Assembly (NCBI GenBank): GCA_902497145.1
Contig: CABVDR010000004.1
Coordinates: 15,459 to 79,458, forward strand
Direction: 5' to 3'
Origin: an uncultured Oscillospiraceae bacterium
GTDB lineage: Bacteria > Bacillota > Clostridia > Oscillospirales > Oscillospiraceae
DNA length: 64,000 bases
Made by a program: the position numbers and the translations under genes. Each line of letters opens with the position of its first letter. Within the stretch, counting starts at the first letter, position 1. This document shows positions 18,746-29,114 of this stretch, piece by piece. The notes under the pieces were generated by a model. That model did not search any database and was not told the origin of the DNA. It saw only the letters and a list, made by a program, of their open reading frames with translations.

Positions 18746-20446
18746 TTATAGCCGTAAGCCTCGATGGCGATTAAAGCAGGCGAAGAGCTCCTGCTTCCGG
18801 GGACGGGCGAGGAAGGGGACGCTGAAGCGGTTCCCGCACAGGGTCTCCAGGCCCTTCTGGTCCATCAGAGCCTCCAGCTCCGCCACGATCTGGCGCAGGG
18901 TGTGTCTCCCGTCCATAAGGTGCTGCTGGGCATACACCATGGCGTAGCCCAGGGCGGCGGACTGCTCCCCGTCCCGCAGCTGCTCCACATATCGCAGGTC
19001 GATGGTCTCCCGGTTGATGGACACCCCGTCCCGGCCCAGAGCTTTGAGCTTGATGCGGTCGCCGCGAAATTCCGGAGAAGGGCTGGGGCAGCGCTGAAAA
19101 CTGGGAGCGTCAGCAGGGGGCAAGGGGGTGGAGGAAGCCGGGAACGCGGCGGCCTCCTGTTTGGCCAGTGCAGTGATGTCCTTGAGGACGTAGCGGTCCA
19201 TTTGGAGGATGGTGTCCGCCACGTGGAAGTAGGCCCCGGAGCTCCCGGCCACCAGGATGGTGGAGACACCTTGGCGGGTATAGAGCTCCCGGACCCGGTC
19301 AATGAAGGGGGTAATGGGTTCCATGTCACGGTGGATGACCCGCTGCATCAGCTCGTCCCGGACCATGAAGTTGGTGGCGCTGGTGTCCTCGTCGATGAGC
19401 AGCAGGGAGGTCCCCGCCTCCAGAGCCTCCACCACGTTGGCCGCCTGGGAGGTGCTGCCGCTGGCGTCCTCGGTGACAAAGGCAGTGGTGTCCTTCCCGT
19501 TGGGCAAGTCGTTGATGAACATGGAGATGTCGGTGCGGCAGATGCTGCGGCCGTCCTCGGAGCGGATCTTGATGGCGCTCTGGTCGGTAATGACATACTC
19601 CCGGCCATCCCCGGCGATGTGATTATAGACCCCCAGCTCCAGGGCCTTGAGCAGGGTGGACTTCCCGTGGTAGCCGCCGCCGACAATCAGCGTGACCCCC
19701 TGCCGGATTCCCATGCCGGTGAGTTTGCCCCGGTGGGGCAGTTCCAGGGTCACCGACAGCTCTTGAGGGGAGTGGAAGGGGACCGCGTCCTTCATGGGCA
19801 GGGCAGAGACGCCGGAGGCCCGGGGCAGGATGCTCCCGTCGGCCACAAAGGCGCACAGTCCAAGCTGGGGCAGCATGTCCCGAATGACCTGCTGGTCCTC
19901 TGCCAGATCGGCAATGGCCTGGAGCCGTGTCTGGTCCAGATTGCGGAAGAACAGGCTGGACTGCACACACCGGGGAAGCAGGTCAAAGAGAATTTTCTCC
20001 AGCTCCCTGGCATTGATGGTGCGGCCATTGGCGGGGAAGCCCACCTCCAGGCGCAGAACGATCTCACCAGTGTTGGGGTTGAGCTGACAGGCGGTGCGCT
20101 CCAGCACCTCCTGGCCGCAGCGGCTGATGGAGATGAGGCCGCTGTGTCCCGAGCCCTTGGCCTGGAAAGAGGACTGATTTGCCAGGCGGCCAAACTGGCG
20201 GGTCAGTTCGTCCTGGAGCGCAATACGCTGACAGGGCAGCCGGTAGAGCTCGGCAGGAAAGCTAGCTTGCCGCCCGACTACGTGGATGCTCACCTTGGAG
20301 GGCGCGGCGAAGGGGTCCCCCTGCACGTGGTCAATGGACAGCACATAGCCGGGGAACTGGTAGGTTCCCCGGGTGTCCTTGTAGGCGGGATAGCTCCTCC
20401 GGTCGATGCGGGAGAGCAGGTTTTTTAAGTCGTTGGATGTCTGCAT
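18746..20446 (-). CDS. ABC-ATPase domain-containing protein (soluble, function unknown)
   Basis: HVQGDPFAAPS, GGGYHGKST, DASGSTSQAA, LIDEDTSATNFM. Confidence 0.88.
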   Translation of the reverse strand: MQTSNDLKNLLSRIDRRSYPAYKDTRGTYQFPGYVLSIDHVQGDPFAAPSKVSIHVVGRQASFPAELYRLPCQRIALQDELTRQFGRLANQSSFQAKGSGHSGLISISRCGQEVLERTACQLNPNTGEIVLRLEVGFPANGRTINARELEKILFDLLPRCVQSSLFFRNLDQTRLQAIADLAEDQQVIRDMLPQLGLCAFVADGSILPRASGVSALPMKDAVPFHSPQELSVTLELPHRGKLTGMGIRQGVTLIVGGGYHGKSTLLKALELGVYNHIAGDGREYVITDQSAIKIRSEDGRSICRTDISMFINDLPNGKDTTAFVTEDASGSTSQAANVVEALEAGTSLLLIDEDTSATNFMVRDELMQRVIHRDMEPITPFIDRVRELYTRQGVSTILVAGSSGAYFHVADTILQMDRYVLKDITALAKQEAAAFPASSTPLPPADAPSFQRCPSPSPEFRGDRIKLKALGRDGVSINRETIDLRYVEQLRDGEQSAALGYAMVYAQQHLMDGRHTLRQIVAELEALMDQKGLETLCGNRFSVPFLARPRKQELFACFNRHRGLRL

Positions 20447-20628
20447 GAAAGGGTTCCTCCTGTGAAACGGAACATTGTTTGTCATCTATTGTATGCCACC
20501 CCCGGGGAGGAAAGCAAGGGAGAAGGTGCACTTTGTGGAAGCAGTACATCTTCTTCTTGTATTATGGAGACAGCTGTGATAGAATAAAAACAATTCTTAT
20601 ATTCTATCTTTATTTGGGGGAGGTAGCC

Positions 20629-21243
20629 ATGCCTAAAGTCGCGTATTCGGAGCAGGAACGGGAACAGATCCGTGCTTCCCTGATGACCACCGCGCTGGAG
20701 CTGATGGCTAAACAGGGGGTCCAGCACACCACGGTGGAGCAGATTTACAAGGCGGTGGGCATCTCCCGCACCTTTTTCTATACCTTCTTTCCCACCAAGG
20801 AGGATCTGGTGGTGGAGGCCCTGTACCTCCAGCAGCCTAAGATTTTGGCCTACGCCAAAAGTCTGATGGAAGATCCGGAACGCTCCTGGCGGGATGGGGT
20901 GGAACAGTTTATCCGCTCCTGCTGTTACGGAGAACGAAACGGAATTGCGGTTTTGACCGTAGAAGATCAGCAGCGCATTTTCCGGCGGCTCTCAAAAGAG
21001 AGCTACTGCATGTTCCGGGAGAAACAGGCCAGATTGTTTGGCAGCCTGCTGGAGTGCTTTGGCGTGGGGGCGACCCGGGAGCGGATCAGTCTCTTCACCA
21101 ATCTCAGCCTGTCGGTCATGATCATCCGCCGGGCCATTCCCGATACCCTGCCCCTGTTTGTTCCCCAGGCAGCGGACGAGACGGTAGATATCCAGATCAA
21201 CGCCATCGTGAATTGGCTGGAGGGGCTGCGGGAAACAACCTAG
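20629..21243 (+). CDS. TetR/AcrR family regulator
   Basis: TTVEQI..AVGISRTFFYTFFPTKEDL. Confidence 0.9.
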   Translation: MPKVAYSEQEREQIRASLMTTALELMAKQGVQHTTVEQIYKAVGISRTFFYTFFPTKEDLVVEALYLQQPKILAYAKSLMEDPERSWRDGVEQFIRSCCYGERNGIAVLTVEDQQRIFRRLSKESYCMFREKQARLFGSLLECFGVGATRERISLFTNLSLSVMIIRRAIPDTLPLFVPQAADETVDIQINAIVNWLEGLRETT

Positions 21244-21417
21244 TATAGAATCCGTCCGGACGGAGTGCGGCAGCTCCGGCGGATTCTTTTTCATCCAAAA
21301 TAAAGACAAAATAGAAAAATCATTTTTATTATAACATGAGGACCAGGCAGTACCTGTTCATACCGCGGCAACCTAGCCGCGTGAAGAAAACCATATGATA
21401 TTTAGGAGGAAACGACC

Positions 21418-21903
21418 ATGGGATTTTTCAGCAAGCTATTCAAAGGTCCCGAGATCGACATGGAGAAGAGCAACGCCAACGCAAAGAAAATGCGGCAGCT
21501 CTTCAACCAAGTGGTGGAGAACGGAGACGATTACCGGCTGATCTTTGGGTATACAGAAGATGTGTCCCGGTTTAATTACGGCTTTGTCCACGGCAGCAAG
21601 ACCAAGATCGGCAATCTCATTGTGGGCTGGAATGAGGACAGCCAGACCATCGTGGCAGTGCCCACCGTGCCGGACCTCTCCGGCTGCGGCGACCCCACCT
21701 ATTACCGCCGCAGCGAGATCCTGAAGGCCTACCGCAACAAATACCCCACGGACGCCTTTATCATCTATCCGGACAAAAAGAGCTACCTGGGCATCAACGC
21801 CTACGACTGGCTGGAGGATGAGTCGCTGTATGTCTACGTGTCCCAGGAGGAGGAGCTGGCCGCCTTCACCGAGTTCTTTCTGAATCGGTTTGCCACCAAG
21901 TGA
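21418..21903 (+). CDS. Hypothetical protein with N-terminal MGFFSKLF amphipathic helix
   Basis: Strong RBS AGGAGG and host-like codon usage. Confidence 0.8.
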   Translation: MGFFSKLFKGPEIDMEKSNANAKKMRQLFNQVVENGDDYRLIFGYTEDVSRFNYGFVHGSKTKIGNLIVGWNEDSQTIVAVPTVPDLSGCGDPTYYRRSEILKAYRNKYPTDAFIIYPDKKSYLGINAYDWLEDESLYVYVSQEEELAAFTEFFLNRFATK

Positions 21904-21913
21904 GGCGGCTTCA

Positions 21914-22114
21914 ATGTCTCCGGGTGCACTAGGTGCGTTCCTTCTGGTCCTGGTGGGAATCTTTGTGTTGGGAAATCTCTGGTTTCATCTGGTGGAGACC
22001 CTACTGAACTGGGTGAAGCGCTGCCTGATAGGGGACAGAGAGACGGGGGCATGGCACCCCCTCCCCACGGACACAGAGGACCAGGAGGATACAGACCATA
22101 AGACAACAAAATAA
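21914..22114 (+). CDS. Small single-pass membrane protein
   Basis: Hydrophobic N-terminus, RBS GAGG, terminator-like hairpin follows. Confidence 0.55.
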   Translation: MSPGALGAFLLVLVGIFVLGNLWFHLVETLLNWVKRCLIGDRETGAWHPLPTDTEDQEDTDHKTTK

Positions 22115-22185
22115 AAGTCCCCTGCTTCTGTGAGAAAACGGGTTAAACTCCACAGAGGCAGGGGATATTTTATGGGGAAATGCTC

Positions 22186-23040
22186 TTACAGCATCAGAAG
22201 TGTGCCCAGGACCACGCAGACTAGCCCGATGCCAGCCTTCCGGGAGAGGGTCTCACGGAATACTACGTAGGAGAAACCGATGGTCACCAAAATGCTGAGC
22301 TTGTCAATAGGGACCACCACGCTGGCCGGGCCGTCCTGCAGGGCTTTGTAGTAGCACAGCCAGGAGCAGCCGGTAGCGATGCCGGATAACAAAATGAAGG
22401 CCAACTCCTTGCCGGGGATTCCACGGACAGAGGGTTGCTTTCCCTTGAAAAACACCACCAGCCACGCCATGACTAGAACCACTCCGGTGCGCAGGGCGGT
22501 ACCCAGATTGGACTCCACTCCGGTGATGCCAACCTTCCCAAAGATGGAGGTCAGGCTGGCAAACACAGCGGACAGGACGGCGTAAATAAGCCAGGAGAAG
22601 CCAGACGCCTGGGCAGTGCTCTCTTTTTTCTGGATCATCAGCAGGGTTCCCGCAGCGATGGCGCATAGACCCACCAGTTTTTTCATGCCCAGCGGTTCGC
22701 CGAAGAAAACGACGGCCAGTAGCACGGTGAGAACGATGCTGCATTTGTCAATGGGGACCACTCTATTGATGTCCCCCAGCTGGAGCGCCCGGAAGTAGCA
22801 CAGCCAGGAGGCGCCGGTGGCCAAACCGGATAGAATCAAAAACAGCCAGGTAAAGGCGGAAATCCTGGTTATCTCGGAGGCGGAGCCCACCAAAAATACC
22901 ATCAACCATGAAAAGATCAATACTACGATGGTGCGGATGGCAGTGGCCACGTCGGAATCTGTTTTCTTGATCCCGCATTTTGCCAGAACAGCTGTAATGC
23001 CGGCAAAAAATGCGGAACCCACCGCAAACAAGCCCCACAT
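22186..23040 (-). CDS. EamA/DMT family transporter
   Basis: Two internal repeats LSG.ATG.SWLCY..ALQ.G....VVPIDK.S. Confidence 0.9.
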   Translation of the reverse strand: MWGLFAVGSAFFAGITAVLAKCGIKKTDSDVATAIRTIVVLIFSWLMVFLVGSASEITRISAFTWLFLILSGLATGASWLCYFRALQLGDINRVVPIDKCSIVLTVLLAVVFFGEPLGMKKLVGLCAIAAGTLLMIQKKESTAQASGFSWLIYAVLSAVFASLTSIFGKVGITGVESNLGTALRTGVVLVMAWLVVFFKGKQPSVRGIPGKELAFILLSGIATGCSWLCYYKALQDGPASVVVPIDKLSILVTIGFSYVVFRETLSRKAGIGLVCVVLGTLLML

Positions 23041-23373
23041 TGCGGTTCCCCTCCTTATGGTGGATGTCGCAGTCTATTATAGGCGGCTGATCATCTGGAT
23101 ACAAGAGCCAAACGTATGCAGTACAAAGAAAACAGCAGAAGGAGAGACGTCTGGTTTTCTGGGAAAAAGCGGAGAAAAACGGCGGCAGAAACCCAATTGA
23201 ATTTGTGAAGTTTCGGTGATAAAATACGTACATTCGAAATGTTGCGCGCCTGCATGTCTGTTTGCTGCGCGGGTTTTTTGGCTGTTTTGGTCGAAGAACC
23301 CGCCGTTTTTTCTGGATAACAGGCCAGAAAAAAGACATCGGGTTGATTTCCATGGACTGAGAAAGGGAATATC

Positions 23374-24651
23374 ATGCAAGTAGTACAAACCTTTGGCCGC
23401 GTTGTATCCCAGTGGAGTGAGCCCCACCCTGACCGGGCCCAGGGGCTGCTGAAGCTGGGCTGGGAGGCCCAAAATTTAAAAAACAGGGTGCTGCCGGACA
23501 AACGCCTGCTTCCTGCGGATCAATATCTGGCGACCGTTATGATGGACGCCATGCTCAAACCGCTGCAAAAGCCGGAGTCATCGGCCATTGTCAGCGTCTT
23601 TACCCCCAGTGAGATCCTTTTGGAGGCGGGACTGAACCCTTACAATGTAGAGGGATTCTCCTGCTATCTGTCCGGCTCCCAGGCGGAGCGGATCTTTTTG
23701 CAGCAGGCGGAGAACGCCGGCATCTCCGAGACCCTGTGCAGCTACCATAAGACCTTTTTGGGTGCAGCGGACAAGGGGGTGCTGCCCCGGCCCAAGTGCA
23801 TCGTCTACACCAATCTCACCTGTGATGCCAATCTGCTGACCTTCCGCCGCCTGGCCGAGATGTACAAGATTCCGTATTTTTCCATTGATGTCCCCATGCA
23901 GCAAAATGAGGACAACATCGCCTACGTGGCCGATCAGCTGCGGAAGCTGGCCGGCTTTTTGGAGCAGGTGACGGGACGTAAGATCGATGCGGAGGCTCTC
24001 AAAGTACGGCTGCGCCGCAGCCGCCGTACCTTGGAGAAATTCCGGGACTGCCAGCGGGCGCGGGCGGACAAGTATGTGCCTTCTGACTTGGTCACGCCTC
24101 TATATAGCGGCATGGTAAACAACATTCTGCTGGGGAGCGAGCAGGTGGAGCACTATGTGGACCGGCTCTATGCCGACATTCAGAAGGCACCCCCCGCCCG
24201 AGGCAAGCGGATCTACTGGATGCACACCATCCCATTCTGGTCGGATGCGGTGCGCCATGCCCTGTCCTTCCGGGAGGAGGCGCAAATCATAGGCTGCGAG
24301 CTCAGTCAGACCTGTGAGCCGGACTTTGACCCGGAAAAGCCCTTTGAGGCCATGGCCTATCGGATGGTCTACCATTCTCTGAACGGCAGCGCCCTGCGCC
24401 GCATCGAGGCCGGTATCCGCCACGCCAAGGAGGCCGGCGCGGACGGCGTGGTGTGGTTCAACCACTGGGGCTGCAAGCACACCCTGGGAGCCGCTCAGCT
24501 GGCCAAGAAGAAGTTTGAAGAGCAGGGGCTGCCCTTGCTGGTTCTGGACGGCGACGGCTGCGACCGCAGCCATGGCGGCGAAGGACAGACCTCCACCCGC
24601 CTGGAAGCGTTTCTGGAAATGCTGGGAGGGGAGAGAACAAGCTGTGAATAA
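23374..24651 (+). CDS. 2-hydroxyacyl-CoA dehydratase subunit (HgdAB/FldBC family)
   Basis: LCSYH, TCDAN, DGVVWFNHWGCK, GQTSTRLEAFLE. Confidence 0.88.
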   Translation: MQVVQTFGRVVSQWSEPHPDRAQGLLKLGWEAQNLKNRVLPDKRLLPADQYLATVMMDAMLKPLQKPESSAIVSVFTPSEILLEAGLNPYNVEGFSCYLSGSQAERIFLQQAENAGISETLCSYHKTFLGAADKGVLPRPKCIVYTNLTCDANLLTFRRLAEMYKIPYFSIDVPMQQNEDNIAYVADQLRKLAGFLEQVTGRKIDAEALKVRLRRSRRTLEKFRDCQRARADKYVPSDLVTPLYSGMVNNILLGSEQVEHYVDRLYADIQKAPPARGKRIYWMHTIPFWSDAVRHALSFREEAQIIGCELSQTCEPDFDPEKPFEAMAYRMVYHSLNGSALRRIEAGIRHAKEAGADGVVWFNHWGCKHTLGAAQLAKKKFEEQGLPLLVLDGDGCDRSHGGEGQTSTRLEAFLEMLGGERTSCE

Positions 24652-26302
24652 GACCTATTACGTATGTAAATACACCCCCATTGAACTGCTGGCCGCCTTT
24701 GGGGCCCAATGCGAAAATCTCAATGGGATGCCTCAGGGCTTCGACCTGGCTGACCAGATCGCCCACCCCAACATCTGCGGCTTTGGCAAGTCCCTCATTG
24801 AGGCGGTGATGAGCGGCAAAGTGAAGGAGCTGGTTCTGGTCAACTGCTGCGATACCATCCGCAGCGTGTGCGATGTGCTGGAGGAGAGCGGCAAGCTGGA
24901 CTTCTTGTACCTGGTGGACATGCTCCACAGCGAGGGGGAGTGCAGCCGGGAGCGCACGGTGATCCAGCTCAAGGGGCTGGCCAAGGCGTACAGCGCCTAC
25001 AAGGGGACCACGTTTGACGAGGCGGCCTTCCGGGCGGCCTTCCATAAGCCTGAGCGGGTCAACGGACCTCACATCAGCGTGCTGGGCGCCCGGATGGGCC
25101 AGGAGCTCTATGAGATGGTGCAGGAGGCCATGCCCTACCCGGTGGAAAATGAGACCTGTGTCAACAACCGCTCCGTGGGGGAGATGCTGCCTCCGGAAAA
25201 TGCAGATTTTGATGGGCTGATGGGGTGGTACGCCGGAGAACTGCTGGGCCAGATCCCCTGCATGCGCATGATGGATAACACGGGGCGCAAGCGGCTGTTC
25301 CATGACCCCGGCCTGAAGGGGATCATCTACCACACGGTCAAATTCTGCGATTTTTACAGCTTTGAGTACGCCCAGGTAAAGCAGAACCTAGCGGTGCCGT
25401 TGCTGAAAATTGAGTCAGACTATACCCTCCAGAGCAGCGGGCAGCTGCTGACCCGCCTGGAGGCCTTTGCAGAGAGCCTGGACGCCAGCCGGTGTGAGGG
25501 AAAGGAGAAGAAAATGGGAAAGGGATATTTTGCGGGCATCGACAGCGGTTCCACCAGTACCGACGTAGTGATTCTGGACCGGGAGGGAAACATGCTGACC
25601 GGTATCATTCTGCCCACCGGAGCAGGGGCAGCTATCGGCGCGGAGCGGGCCTTGGAGCAGGCCCTGGAGACCGCCCATCTGAAGCGGGAGGACATTGACG
25701 CCATTGTCACCACCGGCTACGGCCGCACCGCCATCACCGAGGGAGATAAGAGCATCACCGAGATTACCTGTCACGCCAGGGGTGCCCACTATCTGGACCC
25801 CACCGTGCGCACTGTCATCGACATCGGCGGACAGGACAGCAAGGTGATTCGCCTGGATGAGGACGGCAGTGTGGTCAATTTTGTGATGAATGACAAGTGC
25901 GCGGCGGGAACCGGGCGGTTTCTGGAGATGATGGCCCGCACCATGGAGATGAACCTGGACGAGATGAGCAAGTCCGGATTACACTACCAGGAGGACATCA
26001 CCATCTCCAGTATGTGTACCGTGTTTGCTGAGTCGGAGGTAGTTTCCCTCATTGCCCAGAACAAGCCCACCGATGACATTGTCCACGGCCTAAACAAGGC
26101 GGTGGCCTCCAAGACAGCGTCCCTGGTCAAGCGGGTCGGGGGAGAGGAGCACTACATGATGACCGGCGGCGTGTCCAAAAACCAGGGCCTGGTCAAGACC
26201 TTGGAGGAGAAGCTGGGTACCAAGCTGGTGGTCAGCGACCGGGCCCAGCTGTGCGGCGCTCTGGGTGCCGCCCTCTTTGCCCGAGATATGGTGGAAGCCT
26301 GA
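24644..26302 (+). CDS. Dehydratase subunit fused to CoA-substrate-specific activase (HgdC/FldI-like)
   Basis: N-terminal CKYTP...NCCD...KFCD...GQLLTRLEAF; C-terminal GIDSGSTST, TGYGR, DIGGQDSK, NDKCAAGTGRF, CTVFAESE. GTG start. Confidence 0.9.
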   Translation: MNKTYYVCKYTPIELLAAFGAQCENLNGMPQGFDLADQIAHPNICGFGKSLIEAVMSGKVKELVLVNCCDTIRSVCDVLEESGKLDFLYLVDMLHSEGECSRERTVIQLKGLAKAYSAYKGTTFDEAAFRAAFHKPERVNGPHISVLGARMGQELYEMVQEAMPYPVENETCVNNRSVGEMLPPENADFDGLMGWYAGELLGQIPCMRMMDNTGRKRLFHDPGLKGIIYHTVKFCDFYSFEYAQVKQNLAVPLLKIESDYTLQSSGQLLTRLEAFAESLDASRCEGKEKKMGKGYFAGIDSGSTSTDVVILDREGNMLTGIILPTGAGAAIGAERALEQALETAHLKREDIDAIVTTGYGRTAITEGDKSITEITCHARGAHYLDPTVRTVIDIGGQDSKVIRLDEDGSVVNFVMNDKCAAGTGRFLEMMARTMEMNLDEMSKSGLHYQEDITISSMCTVFAESEVVSLIAQNKPTDDIVHGLNKAVASKTASLVKRVGGEEHYMMTGGVSKNQGLVKTLEEKLGTKLVVSDRAQLCGALGAALFARDMVEA

Positions 26303-26474
26303 TAACACAGGCCACTTCAAGCAAATAAAAACGTGCACGTTTCCCCCAGAGGAGACGTGCATATTTTTTGTTCTCAGCAGGGCTTACACAGCATAGAGCT
26401 ATGTGATGACGTCACAGAACCACTCTGCCAGATCTGCTATCTTAAGTACCACAACGTGCGGATGGAGGTTTTTT

Positions 26475-26684
26475 ATGACAAACGCAAAACGTGTACCCAA
26501 GAAGGCAAGGGTATCCGAAGACTGTGTGGCCTGCGGCTGCTGTGTGAAGGTGTGTCCTTTGGGGGCCATTTCCATTGACCGGGGCATCCGGGCAGTGGTG
26601 GATTTAGAGAGATGTGTGGGCTGTGGGAAGTGCGCCAGGGAGTGTCCCGCGTCGGTGATTGAGATTCGGGAGGCGGCGGTATGA
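26475..26684 (+). CDS. 2x[4Fe-4S] ferredoxin
   Basis: CVACGCCVKVCP and CVGCGKCARECP. Confidence 0.9.
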   Translation: MTNAKRVPKKARVSEDCVACGCCVKVCPLGAISIDRGIRAVVDLERCVGCGKCARECPASVIEIREAAV

Positions 26685-27250
26685 AAAAGAAGTGGTATGA
26701 CTATCTGTGGATCGCGTCGCTGACCTATCTGGTACTGGGTTTCTTCAATATTCTGTTTGCCTGGCTGGGCCTTCTGTGCTTTTTTATTCCCCTTCTCATA
26801 TCCATTGTAGGTGGAACAAAGGGCTACTGCAACCGCTACTGCGGCAGGGGCCAGCTGTTTTCTCTGCTGGGCGGCCGGTTTGGCCTGTCCCGGAAACACG
26901 ACATCCCCAAATGGATGAAGAGCAAGGGGTTCCGTTACGGATTTTTGATCTTCTTTTTTGCCATGTTCTTTGTGATGCTGTGGAACACCTACTTAGTGTT
27001 TGCCGGGGTCACTGATCTAAAACAGGTGGTTACCCTCCTGTGGACTTTCAAGCTGCCCTGGCACTGGGCTTATCATGGAACCATCCTTCATCCGGGGGTT
27101 GCCCAGTTTGCCTTTGGCTTTTACAGCGTAATGCTCACATCCACCGTGCTGGGACTGGTGACGATGATTCTGTTCAAGCCCCGCAGCTGGTGTGTCTACT
27201 GTCCTATGGGAACCATGACACAGCTGATCTGTAAAGTAAAAAACCGATGA
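26681..27250 (+). CDS. Membrane 4Fe-4S binding protein (NapH/YccM-like)
   Basis: TM helices with YCNRYCGRG and RSWCVYCPMG. Confidence 0.8.
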   Translation: MKKKWYDYLWIASLTYLVLGFFNILFAWLGLLCFFIPLLISIVGGTKGYCNRYCGRGQLFSLLGGRFGLSRKHDIPKWMKSKGFRYGFLIFFFAMFFVMLWNTYLVFAGVTDLKQVVTLLWTFKLPWHWAYHGTILHPGVAQFAFGFYSVMLTSTVLGLVTMILFKPRSWCVYCPMGTMTQLICKVKNR

Positions 27251-27351
27251 AAAAGCAGGCCCTCCGACTATGCCGGAGGGCCTGCATATTATTTGAAAGA
27301 TATAACTTGTCTCTTTGGAATGGAAGAGGCATACCTGGACAAGTGCTGTGC

Positions 27352-28104
27352 TCAGCCCAGCTTGCAATACGCTTCGTCAGACACGGCCTCCAGCCACTCG
27401 TTGGAGCAGTCTTCACCGGGGACCTCCAGGGCCAGGTGAGAGAACCAACTGTCGGCGGCGGCGCCGTGCCAGTGCTTGACCCCCGTGGGAATGTTGACCA
27501 CGTCACCGGGGTGGAGATCCTGGGGCTCCTTGCCCCACTCCTGATACCAGCCCCGGCCAGCCACACAGATGAGCATCTGTCCGCCGCCCTTGGCGGCGTG
27601 GTGGATGTGCCAGTTGTTGCGGCAGCCAGGCTCAAAGGTAACATTGTACACGCCTACCTGACTGGTGGAGAGGGGGTGCAGGTAGCTCTGGCCCACAAAA
27701 TACTGGGCAAAGGCATTGTTGGGCGCGCCGATGGGGAATACCATCTCCTTCTGGTGCTGACTTTTGCCGTCCTTTCCGTCCTCCTCGCCCCAGACCTCCT
27801 TGGCCATGCGGAAGGCGGCCCAGGCCTTGGGCCAGCCGGCGTAGAAGGCGGCGTGAGTGAGGATCTCCGCAATCTCCTCCCGGGTGATGCCGTTATTTTT
27901 CGCCGTGGTCAAGTGGTACTGGAAGGAGCTGTCCACCAAACCCTGGGACATGAGGGACACCACGGTGACGAGGGAGCGGTCCCGCAGGGAGAGTTTATCC
28001 TCCCGGCTCCATACCTCGCCGAACAACACGTCGTCGTTGAGTTGGGCAAACTTGGGGGCAAACTGCCCCAGAGCATCTCTGCCCGCTGTCTGCTTGACTG
28101 CCAT
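27352..28104 (-). CDS. Carboxymuconolactone decarboxylase-like domain fused to cupin
   Basis: LFGEVWSR, FYAGWPKA; cupin motifs FEPGCRNNWHIH and KHWHGA. Confidence 0.88.
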   Translation of the reverse strand: MAVKQTAGRDALGQFAPKFAQLNDDVLFGEVWSREDKLSLRDRSLVTVVSLMSQGLVDSSFQYHLTTAKNNGITREEIAEILTHAAFYAGWPKAWAAFRMAKEVWGEEDGKDGKSQHQKEMVFPIGAPNNAFAQYFVGQSYLHPLSTSQVGVYNVTFEPGCRNNWHIHHAAKGGGQMLICVAGRGWYQEWGKEPQDLHPGDVVNIPTGVKHWHGAAADSWFSHLALEVPGEDCSNEWLEAVSDEAYCKLG

Positions 28105-28127
28105 ATCAAATGCCTCCTAATCTGTGT

Positions 28128-29102
28128 TTACTTGAAATATTCCTGGAAGAACTGCTGGATCTTAGCAAAGGGGATGATGTCCTTGCGGTCATAGAGGTCG
28201 GTGTGGACCGCGCCGGGGATGAGGAGCAGTTCTTTGTTGTCGGTGTTGGGGTTGTCCTTTACCATGTCGGCAAAGGCGTCCTTGCTGAAGTAGCAGGAGT
28301 GGGCCTTCTCCCCGTGGATCATCAGCACCGCACTGCGGATCTCATTTGAGTAGCGCAGGATGGGCATGTTAAGGAAAGACAGGGAGGAGGTCACGTTCCA
28401 GCCCTCGTTGGAGTTGAGAGAGCGCTCGGTGTAGCCCCGCTCCGTTTTGTAGTAGTCGTAGTAGTCTTTGACAAAGAAGGGGGCGTCCTCCGGCAGGGGA
28501 TCCACCACACCGCCCGCCCGGGCGTAGGTCCCAGCCTTATAATCCTCGGTGCGCTGGGCGTTGAGTGCTTTTCGTGTCTCAAACCGGGCGTCGGCGCTGT
28601 CGGCAGAGTCAAAGTAGCCCTTGGCGTTGACCCGGGTCATGTCGTACATGGTGGAGGCCACCGTGGCCTTGATGCGGGTGTCCATGGCAGCGGCGTTCAA
28701 GGCCATGCCGCCAAAGCCGCAGATCCCCAGAATGCCGATCTTCTCTGGGTCTACAAAGTCCCGGGTGGCGAGGAAGTCCACGGCGGCAGAGAAGTCCTCC
28801 GTGTTGATGTCAGGGGAGGCCACGTTGCGCACTTCGCCGCCGCTCTCCCCGATGAAGGAGGGGTCAAAGGCCAGGGCGGCAAAGCCCCGGGAGGCAAGTT
28901 CCTCAGCGTACAGGCCGGAGCACTGCTCCTTTACTGCACCAAAGGGGCCGGACACCGCCACAGCAGACAGTTTTCCGGAAACGCCGTGGGGCAGATACAG
29001 GTCACCGCACAGTTCGATGCCGTAACGGTTGTGAAAGCGAATCTTCTCCCGGGTCACAGTATCCCGCAGAGGAAAGGAATATCCGTTATATTTGGAATGC
29101 AT
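28128..29102 (-). CDS. Alpha/beta hydrolase (YcjY-like)
   Basis: GPFGAVKEQ, GESGG, GICGFGG nucleophile elbow, HTDLYD. Confidence 0.88.
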   Translation of the reverse strand: MHSKYNGYSFPLRDTVTREKIRFHNRYGIELCGDLYLPHGVSGKLSAVAVSGPFGAVKEQCSGLYAEELASRGFAALAFDPSFIGESGGEVRNVASPDINTEDFSAAVDFLATRDFVDPEKIGILGICGFGGMALNAAAMDTRIKATVASTMYDMTRVNAKGYFDSADSADARFETRKALNAQRTEDYKAGTYARAGGVVDPLPEDAPFFVKDYYDYYKTERGYTERSLNSNEGWNVTSSLSFLNMPILRYSNEIRSAVLMIHGEKAHSCYFSKDAFADMVKDNPNTDNKELLLIPGAVHTDLYDRKDIIPFAKIQQFFQEYFK

Positions 29103-29114
29103 GTAGGTTCCTCC

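Noticed and set aside
21330..21417. Two small hairpins upstream of the 21418 gene as a c-di-GMP riboswitch
   Set aside because: Lacks the GEMM consensus elements and any expression platform.
23200..23225. Rex-like site upstream of the dehydratase genes
   Set aside because: Only the TTGTGAA half-site matches; the second half is too degenerate.
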